A stretch of DNA of 64,000 nucleotides from Hyphochytrium catenoides (lineage: Eukaryota; Protista; Hyphochytriomycota): assembly GCA_900088475.1 (NCBI GenBank), contig FLMG01004575.1, positions 7,683 to 71,682 of the forward strand, written 5' to 3'. The translations under genes were made by a program, and so were the position numbers. Below are positions 23,561 to 35,859 of this stretch, one piece after another. How positions within the stretch are numbered: the first letter of the stretch is position 1; each line of letters opens with the position of its first letter. The notes beneath the pieces are model-generated. The model did not search any database, was not told the DNA's origin, and worked only from the letters and a program-made list of their open reading frames with translations.

Positions 23561-26019
23561 AATAACAACACGCTAGATCCTCTAATCTTCTTCTCTTGAC
23601 TAATTTCGGGTCTGATCCTCTATAGCGGACACCACAACAATTCTGACTCCTTCATTGCCCTTTTAACACTTCAATGAAGATGGAGTACTGTCTAGAGGGG
23701 TCGTGTTGATGATGGAAGGCCTGGGTCCAAAGACTGGTCATTTGGCGCGTCCATTTCGGTTCTGATTTTTTAGAACCGCCAAAAAGCGGAGCCGCTAACG
23801 CTCAGCTCCGTCAGTTCAATGATGGCTTTTTGACTCGGCTGCACTTTGATCACATGATGACCGTCATTTCCTGTTGGGTTTCTTCTCTTGTTGGGAGGAC
23901 CAAACTACCTTCATGCCTGCCTCCATCTGCTTTCTGTCATCATCATGGCACGATCAAGCCTCATTCATGCCCCCTTTCTATCAGTTCTGCGCTCCACCGC
24001 ACAGCGGAACCGTTCAAGAGAACTCTAAGATGTCGAGTTGCTGCCCCTTCTTGGTTGCCCACCAATGAGCCTCCACAACGGCTCTTTAGCTTTCTTGCAA
24101 GTCCCTCACCACGGCGAAATCATGACATGGCGAAACGCCGCCGTACGATGAGCCTTGGTATCGATGTATCTCTTCCTCTCCTCTAGCCTTTGATTGGGCT
24201 TTCCAAATTCTTCAAATAGTCCAGCGGTCGTTGATGGGCTGACAGCTGTACAAGAGAGCTCAGCTCTGAATTACTTCTTAGGTTATGAGCGAGGCCAAGT
24301 CTGAGATCAGTCGTGAAAATGTTGCATCAACAACTTCGTATCCATGGTGGGCCAATCCAGTCCAATAGATAGAACCACCATAGATGGCGCTTCAGGTTCA
24401 CCTCCTTGGATGGAGCTATCATCGATTATTGGTTTGAGAGTGCTGCCCTTTGGGTAGTGGAACTACAAAAAGAAGAAGTCTCTTTCCTAGACAGTTGTTG
24501 AGGAGCCAGAGTAGCAGCAGGGCTATCTGTCTTGCGGTTTGGTAAAAAGTGAAGGCTGCCCTTCAGCCACAAGGGCTGTAGCCGGATAATACACCCTGCT
24601 GCTAGTCGAATATCAGTTTATTGAGCAAGTGGTCAGTTCAGATAGAAAAGCCACGACTAGTAGGAAAAAATAGCGCACATATGACAGCCGTGTTAGTCTG
24701 CCCGCATCTGCTACTGGTTCTCGTCCGAAGTAGACATGATTGAATGCGAGCAACAATGGTACAATGTACTGATCTATTATGATGCCTCGGGATTCCTCTT
24801 GCACGGTGCTGATTACTTGCCTTTGCTATCCATCAGGTAAGTCGACGACGGCTTGTAAAGTATCGTGCTGGATCGTTTTACCGCTATTGGTTAGTTCCCA
24901 TTACGCTGTGTGCCCTAATAGAATGGTAGCCTCTCTTTGCTAGCATTTGTTGGAATTGCTCTTCGTGGTCGCGTCTTCAGTAAAGGGCTCGGCACACCGA
25001 TTGAAAGATTATTGTCTGAGCACCAACATTCCAGTACTGGGGGAGGAGGGTGCGGACAGCGATCATACCATTATCCTGCTGCTCCCGCAGTACCTACTCC
25101 CAGTAACAAGTATGAGAAAGATTCACTAATTAGTAGGAGCGCCAGTCTCGTGCACAGAGCTAGCCTTAAGGAACGACGGCGAAGAAGTAGATATTACAGC
25201 CCGATTGGCAGCAAGACATCGATAAACCTCCAGTACTGTTGCGACCATAAGTTTCAAGAGACTAGAGGTAATAGCGATAATAGTGCTCGACAAAGCACTC
25301 TTGTCAACAAGGAACGAGGAAGCATATAAAGATTTTCGTTTATTTTTAGTCACATTCAATGCTAGCTGGTTGCTGCCTGTCCGCTGCTTCTTATAGATCT
25401 GTGCCGCTAGGAACTACTTCTGCATGGTTAGTGAGGAGTTAGTCCTCCAATATGAACAAGAAGAAGCGAGGAGAGCAATCCAATCAATGATAAAAGTTGT
25501 TGATTATTGTGGATGATTATAAAGGATTATGATGATGATGGATACCGACCTGAGTGTAAAGTGAGGACTACCTTGACACAAAGAAACAGTGTATGTCAAA
25601 TATCGTGTCAATATCGCTCTGTTTGGTTTCATAGGCTGGTCAGAGCACTTGAAGAGTGTGTAGTCTATATTGACGGCCAGTCAAGGACTTGTCAAAAAAC
25701 AAAGATTATTCCCAGCTTTTTCTTCTTTGGCTGGAGAGTGTGTGATTTATTAGCGTATGAAGAACGGAGGGTTCCTGGGTTTCTGGTCTGTGATGTGCCT
25801 TTGTCCCGCGTTTTCAGCGGGTTGTGTTGAGACTTCACCGATGGCACAGTGGACAGTTGATAGATCGAGCGTCAGTGACAAGGGTTTGGAGCTGGCAGAC
25901 CTTGAGGCGCGTGTAAGATCCGATAAGGGAGTCCATCGGCATTCCTTAACTGGCAGTCCTCTTTCCTTGAAAATTGGAAGAAGTGGTTGTCTTTATCTTT
26001 CTTTCCGAGTTATTGCAGG

Positions 26020-27287
26020 ATGAGCGAGAAGAAGCCAAAGAATAGAGGTCGGCACCAAATGCTCTTAGTGATCTGTACGAGGTGGGCGCCTTAATTCTCG
26101 GTGGTCTATGCAGGAAAATTCAACAAGGGCCGCCATGGCGGTTCAAGGTCGTTTGTTCAGTCAGAGGAGGAGATGCGTCAGCGAGCACAGATTGAAAAGG
26201 AACGAGCCATCAGAAGAAAGGCTAGACGAGGCGACAGTGACGAGGAAGATGGCGACTTTGAGGAGGGTGAGAGTGGCGGTAAGTCCAGTCATGCCCTGCA
26301 GGAGTAGAATAATTGGGCACTCACCAGGGCACTTTAGACGATGAGGTGGAGTTCAAGGATGATGACGCAGGTGAGGATCAGCAGCTGGCTGACCGAGCTA
26401 GAGTAGCTATTGGCCTTGGAGGAGAAGTTATCCATGTACCCGGAGCTCAAGATCTACCTCCAAAGGTTGTTAGCTTTCTGTGTCAGTCCTCCTCGCATGA
26501 TCTAAAAGATGAATCTAGCCAAAGAAGGCATCTGGTGTGGCGGGATTGATCCAAGTTGAAAACCCCAATATGGCAAAGCCTCAAGATAAGGTGATCAAAG
26601 CAAAGGACATGAAGGACAACTTTGAGCAAAAGCTATCCCGGCGAGAAAGGTTAGATTTAGGAGCCACTTATGCCTGCTTCCAACTCTAAAAGGGATCTCG
26701 TCATGCTAACCTATGTTCCTTTAAAAGGGAAGCCATTGAAAAGGCTCAGGCGGAAGCAGAATATAGGCGTAGACATCTGGCGGGCCAAACGGTAACCTTC
26801 AGTCTCACCTTCTTCGTTATGGATAACGCTGGCAGTGAATTCATTGCCTTACTCATCAGGAAGAGGCAAAGCGAGATTTAGCACGTTTAGCTGAAGTCAA
26901 GAGGAGACGAGAAGAAGCAGCCAAACGGAAGCAAGAAGAGGAAGAAGGTATGACGGCATTTCGATGTCTTGAAGGCTATAGGTAGCGCTTAACCTTTTCA
27001 TCACTATTTGCTCTTTATATCCCTGGACAGCCGAGAAGCAGAGGAAGGCTATGGCAGGACAGAAGGCCGATGACGACTCTGACGGTAACTATAGAGCTTT
27101 AGCGATGAGAAGAACTTGTGTGAGATTACATTCGGGCTCACTTCTTGTCTCTTTAGATGAACTGGACTCCATTAAAGTCAAGAAGATGAACCCCACAGAA
27201 TTGAAAAACGCGTTGAAGAAGAAGGATTTGTCCACTCAGGGCAACAAGAAAGAGTTAATGCAAAGATTGTTGGACTCGCTCAAGTAG
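26020..27287 (+). CDS. PDAP1: PDAP1/HASPP28 (PP28 domain) protein with a C-terminal SAP domain
   Basis: GVAGLIQVENPN...[48 protein letters not shown] is the PP28 signature. Last exon VKKMNPTELKNALKKKDLSTQGNKKELMQRLLDSL is SAP-like. Confidence 0.85.
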
Positions 27288-27365
27288 AAGTATTTCCAGC
27301 GTCTCAGAGTCTTTTCTACGTATTATTAGGAGGTTACAATGCAAGAATAAATATCTAGTTCGGCA

Positions 27366-29242
27366 CTAAGCAGACTGGGCGGCAGCGGGGAAGCGGTGGG
27401 CCCGCCTTTCAAAGGGTTTGGGTTGGCGAAGGTTATGAGACATAGAATCAATCCCTGGCTTGTTGCTAGAGGGAGAGGCATGCATGGGCTCCGAGGGTGG
27501 AGAGTACAGTTCAACTTCCGGGCTGAGAGGGATTAGCTTGTACAGCTCCTCAGTATCGAAATCCTCTTGGCAAAGGGACGGCCCGCTTATTAGTGAGGTG
27601 GTCTCACTTTTTAGAGACCCGGAGGTGAGAATGGATGTGCTCAGCGGATCATCAATATAGAGGTGCTGCAGAGTTACTAGTGCGCGGGAGAGCTCTGTAG
27701 CAGGCGTCACTTTTGGCGTGTAAAGAGTAACATTCCCAACCCCTGCTCTGACCTCCGAGGTCACCATTGTCCGAGGAGAAAGTATTTGCTCCTCACTTCG
27801 CCCAAGAGGAACAGGGCTCTTCTCTCCACTCCAAAGGTGAATCAGGCTAGGTTTCCTCTTGTTACCTATAGAAGGCCTTCTAGCAGGAGGGGCTTGACTG
27901 TCACTGACTCTCCCTGGTTCCTTCTCTGCATAATCCTGGTCCCCACCAGATAATATACATCGTAAGCACATCTTGTGCTTGCTGAGACCTAGGGCAGGTA
28001 TTGCGACCATTCTGGATGCAGTACAATGGCCGCAGGTCACCTAGGGGAAAGGGACTGATAAGTTTCTCCAGCAAGATCTTGGGAGTTAATGCATATATCA
28101 TCGAAGCAATACCTCGCCACAAAAACGGCAGCGATGACGGAGTCTCAGAGGTCCAAAATTCCGCAGACATATGGCACAACTCGGGCGCTTGCTATTTTGC
28201 GTTGAGAGCAATCTTCAGAAATGAGTTATCGAAAGTAACATGCACGTTTAGCTGTCTTACCGTAAGGGAGGCCAAAGGAGGTCAGGCACGTAACTTTGCG
28301 CTGACTTTTGCAGGTGCTTCTCCAAAACGATACGAAGCTTCTTGAGTATGCTCAGACTCCAATCTGAGCCGTAGTTGTTCCCTATCCAGCCGGTCCAGCC
28401 CGCTCGAAGGTCGACTTTGCTTATAAAAACAACGTCTAAGACACCTTCAGCTGGAGACTGGTAGAAAAGGAAGCCAAAGGTGTCAAAGTATCCTCGCACT
28501 AATTTCTCACTGGACCCAGGTCCACGGACGTTGTCGCAATCAATGCTCTGCATGATATAATATCCAACTTGCCGGCCGCTTTTTGCTATCTTGACACCTG
28601 AAGCCTAAGTTAAGTATATGGCAAACTTGGGGGTTAGTAGTTGTCATCGAATCTTGCGACAATACGGCTTACCTCCAGAAGAATAAAGTCTCTATCCTTA
28701 CTAACCGTGCTATCGAGCCCAAGGACACTATTTATGGGAAGTTTAGGTCGAAGACGGAGCCATTTGAAGGCGATATGTCTTTCGGGGAAGCCTGCGGCCT
28801 TCTTGTCAAAGACGCTACTCAGGTGCTTGCAGTCCACAAAGCCGTCGAAGAGTTTTCTACAGATCTGCCTATATGCCTCGGTGTCTCTTGTCACAAGGAA
28901 ACTCAAGACATCGGACACGCTCGATCTTATCTTGGCTACTGCTTTGGTGAAGCCCTTGACCAACGGGCCCTTATCGGAAGTCTGGTTTAGAGACACCCGG
29001 CGATACCTAGCCGTTGGCGCTGTCCTTGAAGACCTTTGCGCAAGAAGCTCTTGAGGGTCTAGAGCCCCTTTACTGATGGTGACCCCGTCAACAGCCTCGG
29101 TTGGTTTCCATTTCATTGGACCGCTCTCCCTAGAAGCACGCAAGACCGCATGAAACATCTTCTCAACATATTCCTCATAGAAGATGGCTTCCTCAGGCCC
29201 AAGCTGGACAGCATGCAACGTGTCTTCTGAGAAGAGCTCCAT
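27366..29242 (-). CDS. START-like domain plus FYVE zinc finger protein
   Basis: START-like: WKPTEAVDGVTI, HIAFKWL...SKDRDFILLE, MQSIDCD...LVRG. Spliced FYVE: CAICLRNFGPLRLRHRCRFCGE|VTCGHC...MCLRC. Ser/Pro-rich tail. Confidence 0.8.
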
Positions 29243-29892
29243 CGGTCGAGCGCTATGCGATAACAGCAAAAGCCACGAATTTGTTATGAACTCGACAAAG
29301 AAACTCTCCTTACTCAAACTCCAAATGCCCCCCTCAAGCAAGCACCTCTGACAACCCAGGTAAGCTATATAGGACAGAGGAGTAACGATGATGGATGCGC
29401 GACACGACGCGAACGATGTTCAACACGAGCCCTCACACAGCAAGGCAGCAATAGGCTAACCAATTCTGCGTGTCTTCAGCCGATGGTCAGGCCGCAAGAG
29501 GCCAAGAAAGGCTCGATAAGAAGGTTCAAGAGCCATGCCGCGACAGGCATCGGCGATCTGAGGCTTCGGGTGCTTGTACTGTATGATCCTCGAAGGAGAG
29601 GGAGTGAGGCAGGGAAAAAAGGAAACGCGGATCGAAGAAGTGTACCTACACTTCTCCTTCTGATCCCCACCCACCTCTGCCCTTTCTCATCTCAGCCGTC
29701 GTGATCATTCCTTATCATAAGAGCTTTAGAGGAACGATTATAGAATATAGTGATAGGGTTATTCCTGACCTTCACTCCTCAAAGGTCACCGCCAGTCTGT
29801 ACATACACATCCTGCGCTCATCCATTCTTTTGTGGCTTGTCAATCATCCGCAGCAGCGCGGCTTTTGCCTGCCTTTTTGTTGTGCTGCCTCC

Positions 29893-29927
29893 CCGCCCTG
29901 CCTGGCCGCCCTGCCTGGCCGCCCTGC
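29893..29927 (+). repeat. 13-bp minisatellite (ccgccctgcctgg) x about 2.7
   Basis: Direct tandem copies upstream of the START-FYVE gene. Confidence 0.85.
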
Positions 29928-31855
29928 TGCCTGCCTGTCACCTCCTTCAACCAGGACAAAAGCCTGGCCACCTCTGTCATAATGATGAGCGACCAACCAG
30001 CCGACCTGACCAACCGACCGAACTCAGCTCACTGTTCCTGGGGAGCTATCTTCTCATCATGATGGCGGTAGCAGCAGCAGCAAGAAGAAGGAGCGAAAGA
30101 TGGAGCGAGGATGCACCCAGTCCCTATCTCTCCTTCTTGGCATGGCGAAAAAGGATGGCACTGCACTGTGTTTTCGAGCTGCGGTTAAGTGATGATACAG
30201 CAGCAGTAGTAGTGTCAGCAAAAGGGCCAAACTGCATTGTTGCTCCAAGAATAGCGTATGTTCCAGTAGCTGAGAGCCCCTCCCAGTTCAACAGCAGGAT
30301 GACAAGCGCCACGATTGTCGAGCAGTTGTAGCTCTGCCGCTGGAAGGCATTGTACACGTAGGTTCAATACAGGACAGACCACCTTGTTCCCCTACTCTTA
30401 TCTGTTCGATTCTTGATTATGACCATACTGGCGCGATAGAATAATGAGTACTTCTTGTAGGTTAGCGGCAAAAAACTCTAGGCTCATTGAACCCCAACCT
30501 CCCCGCCGCGAGCCGTCAATAATTTTGCGACGTAGTGCGAAGCCCATGAAGCTTATGGCTGCTAGCTAGGCCGATGATTATCCTTGAGACTCGATAAGCA
30601 TCTGGCCTGACCACCTTATAGTGGACACCACCAGTAGTCTTGAGCAGCTCACACAAACGACAAATAGGCTACTATGTGATGGACAGAAACTACCTTCTTT
30701 ACCTGATTGCACTGCTCCTTCTTAGAACGGCCCTCTAAGTCTAGACTTAGCCTTGAGCAGGGCTGCTTGACCTCGCCCCTCCTCGGAGGAGTAGTACATC
30801 ATGATAACGACACAAACTTTTATCCGTCCCTCATCCTCCTTCTCCACAAGACCTTTGGTTGCCCTCATCTCTCCTCTAATAAGTTCCATCATTGTCATCG
30901 TCCACAAATTCTCATTCAGCCCGCTCCCGTTGGCTTCTCTTCCATTTACTACAATAATCGCGGGAGGAGAGGTGCTGCTTTAATCACTCAATCAGAGAAG
31001 AGTCCTCGTCTGAACTACTACTTACTCAGGATGGCAGCTAGCATCTCGATAGGTAGACGAAGAAGCTCTTCTTTATAAACTCGTAAGACCAAAGTTGCTA
31101 CCTTTTACAAGAGTCGCAGTAGGCGCTTCATCATCAGTAACAGCAGCTGAGATTGGTAGAGGTGCGAAATAAGAAGATGGAAGTAGTAGTCGTCTATCCT
31201 GCTGCTGCTGACCTGCCGCAAGAGAAGAAGATCATTGCCACTCTCTGCCCCTCCTCTGCTGACGGGATCATCACTCTCCTCCTTCCGTCCCTCACCCCAT
31301 GCGGCCTGCCCCTCTATTATCTCCTCGTCGTGCTGCTGCAGGCTGCAGGTGAAGCTTCTTGTTCGTCGTTGTAGTAGTCGTTGTACTTGTGTAGCTTCAG
31401 GATCTGGAAGTACTTACTACTATTCTGTTTTGACCTCCAGCCTCCAGCTCGCAGAATCCGTTACAGGCTTGTCCCGTCTTTCAAGGTTGATGCAGCATTT
31501 GTTCTTCAGCCTCCTGCTCGCTGCTCCTACAAGTACCCTCACAGCGGGCGTCGAGAGGACTGAGCTGCCACAGACGCAGGAGGAGACTCTACCTACGTCA
31601 GGTCAAGACTCGAGATCCAACCCCTCTTGACCTCCATGTGCCTCCGAAGCGTCAAGATGCAGCGAAGTCCACCTTCCACCCGGCCTGGACACTCTTCTCA
31701 CTCTTCCTTTATAAAATGGGTGTACGGGGTTGCCATGGATTAATCCGGAGTGGGAACAACATAAACCATTCAAGCGTGGCCCCTTACAAGGGCTGTGTGG
31801 ACTGGTGTGGTGGTTTATCTGGAACAGAACTGCATATCGCACTTGAGGAAGAATA

Positions 31856-34682
31856 ATGGCCATGGCAACCCCTCAGCACATAATGATATGGGAGAGGATA
31901 GCCGCGGAGGGTTGGACGCCACCCACGAGGACCGGTGAGGAAACCCAAGTCACACCTTTCCTCTTCTATGGCATCCATGGCGTCAAGAGGAGTAACCATA
32001 TAGTACTCTTACTGTAGGTCACTCTGCGGCCGTGATCAACAATAAGCTTTACATATTCGGTGGCCTGCAAAGCGGCGTTCCTGTGAACACCCTTCTTTGC
32101 TATGATCTCAGTGAGTTACCCGAAGAGTTGGGGCGAGCATCACGGGGCACTCGCTAATCCTTGCATGCGACGTCTGTTGCAGGTTCCAGACAATGGACCT
32201 CGATAGATCCATCGGGCAGTATCCCCTCCCCTCGGGCGCGTGCGTAGAGAACCTTTCCTTTGCAACTACCTATTATGATTGGTGCTTACCCTCAGATCAT
32301 GACACTTCTGTAGACCATGCCTCCTGGGTACAGGGAAGCAAAATCTTTATACACTCTGGGGAAGGCTCTCCAATTCACGATGGCAAAGATGCAAACCTTG
32401 ACGAAGGGCAGCGGCTACAAGAGGCCATGGCGGAGGCTTTGATGCTCTTGAACGACGGTGTGCGGCCCCGTCGCCTTTGTTTCGACGAATTGCATTGCTA
32501 CGACACAGGTTGAAACACTCGCCTTCAGCATGAAATATGACTTCCCATTGACTCTATCTTCACATCAATAACCTTTACAGAGTCAAATTGTTGGTCTAGC
32601 GTACAGACACGACTAGCACCTTTCCCTCGGAAAGGCCATTCCATAGTCTCAGGTCTCGACGGCAATGGAAAGCCGGTTGCCATTCTCTTTGGTGGGGCTC
32701 CACCTGACCCTAAGCCGTTGTCAAATGAAGTCTTCATGCTCAAGAATGGTAACGCTTATGCCAAGCACCAGATAGTTCTTTCCGAGCCGTAGTTAAGTCG
32801 CCGAACTGTTTTCGTCTGACTAGATGAAAAGCTTATATCCGGGAAGGCTACCTGGACCAAATGTGCAGCCAAAGGACTGGAGCCCTCTCCTCGCTTCTAT
32901 CACAGCTGTGCAGTGATCGAAAAAGAAGAAGGAGGGCAGGGCTGCCTTATCCACATCTTCGGTGGCATCAGCCGTGAAGGCAGCCTGCTCGGCGACAGCT
33001 TTATCTTCGACACTGGTTGGAACAGCAGATTTACTAGCCTTCGAATTCAAATATTTTTGCTTACCCCTGATTTCACTTGCAGGTACCTTGACATGGGAGG
33101 CGATTAGGGCGTCGGGAACTCCGCCATCGGCGAGATCTGGCCACCAAGCGGTGACCATAACAGCATTGAGCGGACATCCTTCCGTTCTTATTTATGGAGG
33201 TCTGTGTCAAACGGAGGGAACTATTAGCTTTCCTACAACCATTCATGTCTTTGAGACTGGTAAGCTACAGAAGCACCATTTTTCTCGAGGACAGCTGGTT
33301 TTGTCGTTCTCAGATTTCAATCCCAGAGACAGCTTCATGGTCCTCCTTGGATGTGGGGCATCTGTATCCTCCTCCTAGGTCAGTTGTTGAATATGTTACC
33401 AGACTATAGTTCAGCTTCCCTTATTACGGTGACGTATCAGATATGGCCACTCAGCGATACTGGTTCCCGAACTTCAGAAGTTCTTGCGTGACCCTGGAGG
33501 ACCCTTTGTAGAAGGGAGGGCCCCCGGTACTGAGCCTCGGCCTCCACTGGCGAACGCTGGCGGCAATCCTAATGCAGGGTTGCTTGTGTTTGGCGGAATG
33601 AACTATGGCTACTGCAGCAGGTTGTCCCCCTAACTGTCTACCTCTTCTCGTTTTATGGCAACTAACTGTCACACGATAGTGACATTTGGTGCTTAGACAC
33701 TCGATGGAGAAACAAGGCCTTAGGGGTTCTAAAAGAACCGCCTAGGATCTTCATCCATCAGGAGTCGTTGACCGATACGAGAGAAGGGGGAAGTGACTCA
33801 TTATCTTGGGGCACGCCTACGATCTGTTAAGGGAAGAGAAGTCTAGGGTAAAACCGCTCAGAAGTAAACCTCACTGAAAAGTGCGATGAGTTCTGACTCA
33901 AACCGTCTAGCTGGAACACAAGGTGAGGCAAGAGCAGGCCAAACTCACGGAGGCTGAGGCGGCAGTAAGGACATCCCAAGAAGAATCAGAGGTGAGAGGC
34001 AAGTAGGATACTACCTCCAGCTAAGAAGAACTAATCTCTCATTTCTGTCAGCAATGGAGGCACAAGGTTACTGTTTTAGAGAAGCAGCTGGAAGAAGAAA
34101 GTTCAAAGGTGAGGCGATCCCAGCAATGGGATGAAGTTCGTTGTTTAATCGCTTCTCTAGCTTCGTAAAGCATTAGAGAATGAATGTATGAAGAGCATTC
34201 GCCTTGAGGAAGAACGTGATGAAGCACTGAGATTATTGGCCATGTCAAACTTTGCAGCGGTAAGACTGGCCCGTTGTCCATCGCAATCTAGGTCCTAAAG
34301 GGCCTAACTCCACAAACAGAGACTTCGCCTTGACGCGGAACTACTTTATCGAGAGGAAACGACCAAACATGCGGCAGGTCAAATCCGTTGTAAATGCGAT
34401 ATAAGCGATGAGCCCAGGGGTCCTGTTCAAAAGACAAGCTCTCCCAGTGAGGCGCTGCCACCAAGAGAACAACTTCGCGAAGCACTGCACCTAACCGATA
34501 AGAACCCGAGAGAAAATGAAGACGAAAGTGACCACGCCGTTTCCCAAGATCTACAATTAAGTCCAGCTGACGCAGCCGCTGCCACCGCTTCATCGCCATC
34601 AAGACAACCCGTGCTGGAAGACTCTATGCCGCCTCTACATGTACTTCCACGACGTCATCAAGGCGAACATAATCGCGTTTGA
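31856..34682 (+). CDS. Kelch-repeat beta-propeller protein with C-terminal coiled coil
   Basis: Repeats PPTRTGHSAAVINNKLYIFGG, PFPRKGHS..ILFGG, PSPRFYHSCAV..IFGG, PPSARSGHQAV..LIYGG, followed by E/Q/K-rich helical exons. 3' end approximate. Confidence 0.8.
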
Positions 34683-35859
34683 CATAGGACGGCAGCACGT
34701 TAGGCTTCATTTATAAGCAAAATTTATAAGGATGAGGTTTTATTGTCCGGACACGATCAGCGCAGCGTCACATGCTTCAGGATGACCATTGTTATGCACA
34801 CAGACGCACACTAGCCCTCTAGGAATCATGCCTTTGTTTTCCGTTGGCAGAGAGGTGTGTTAAGGGTTCACAAGGATTGACTGACTGGGAAATGGGAGCA
34901 GAAGGGCGATGCACTCGGGTTGACGGGGCCAAGCTGCAGGTCCATCCGTCTTCTTGAGTTTGAGGCAGGCCAGCAGGTCAGCAAAGAGTGGAGGTGTTGC
35001 TTCTCACTTCCGTCTGTCTCAAGCTCCATATTTCGGATAGTGCCCGTAAACTGATGCCCGATCTAGGTTTTTATAGATCTAGTCCGGAATAAATGCTTGG
35101 GCGTTACAGTACAGCATGGTATGTTTATGATGGGAAGAGTTATAAGAGGAAGAGGGAAGAGTGACCCCACTCTCATGATACTTCCAGGGCAAGGGGACAG
35201 CGGAGGAAGTGGACCTGAGGCAGCGGTGGCGCTGACTGCAGGTTGAGAGCATGTCCCAAGGCGCTATGTGGTGCAGCAGCAGCGGTCCCGTCATGTTCAC
35301 CTTCTAATAGTATATAAAGCTTCATGAAAGGATGAGCTCTGACCATTGCTCGCGAAAGCCCAATCACCGCACTTCTCTAGGAGCGGATGCAGCGCTGGTG
35401 GTCTAGCTAGCTAGGGCTCGTGCGCACGGTGCGGTAGGACATGTTGAGACTATACAGTCCTTGTAGCACCAGGGCTTTGTAGGTCTAAAAGGAACAGGTG
35501 CTACGGGCATGGCCGCTCAAAGGAACGTTTGGAATAGAGGTATTAACACTTAGGTGAACACGAGGCCAAGGAGTGCGATCCTTGCCATTACATCTGGGCT
35601 ACTTTAGGGTCTATACTCTCGTTCCATGTAAGGACAAAGCAGTAACCCCCTGAATGTAAGCGATTATGGCGATCAGATAGTCAGATCATCGCCATAAGAG
35701 GTTCCCTCGTGGTAGGGCTGCGCGATGGCGCTTCAGCGCAAAGAGGTGGAAAGGATCTCCAAGATCATGTAAGACTCGTTCAGCTAAGGCAAAATCCCAT
35801 GCTTTTTTTATCCGTGCCCTAGTCTAACTAGCATCATTAGCCAAATCTCAGACCGGAGG

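Noticed and set aside
23226-23576. ORFs over the CT-rich tract
   Set aside because: Low-complexity artefacts of the microsatellite.
24600-25330. Possible gene or hAT transposase remnant
   Set aside because: One plausible intron, but the frames do not join into a recognisable protein and no terminal repeats are visible.
29750-30331. 193-aa plus-strand ORF
   Set aside because: It spans a minisatellite and simple repeats, starts at a non-ATG codon and shows no domain.
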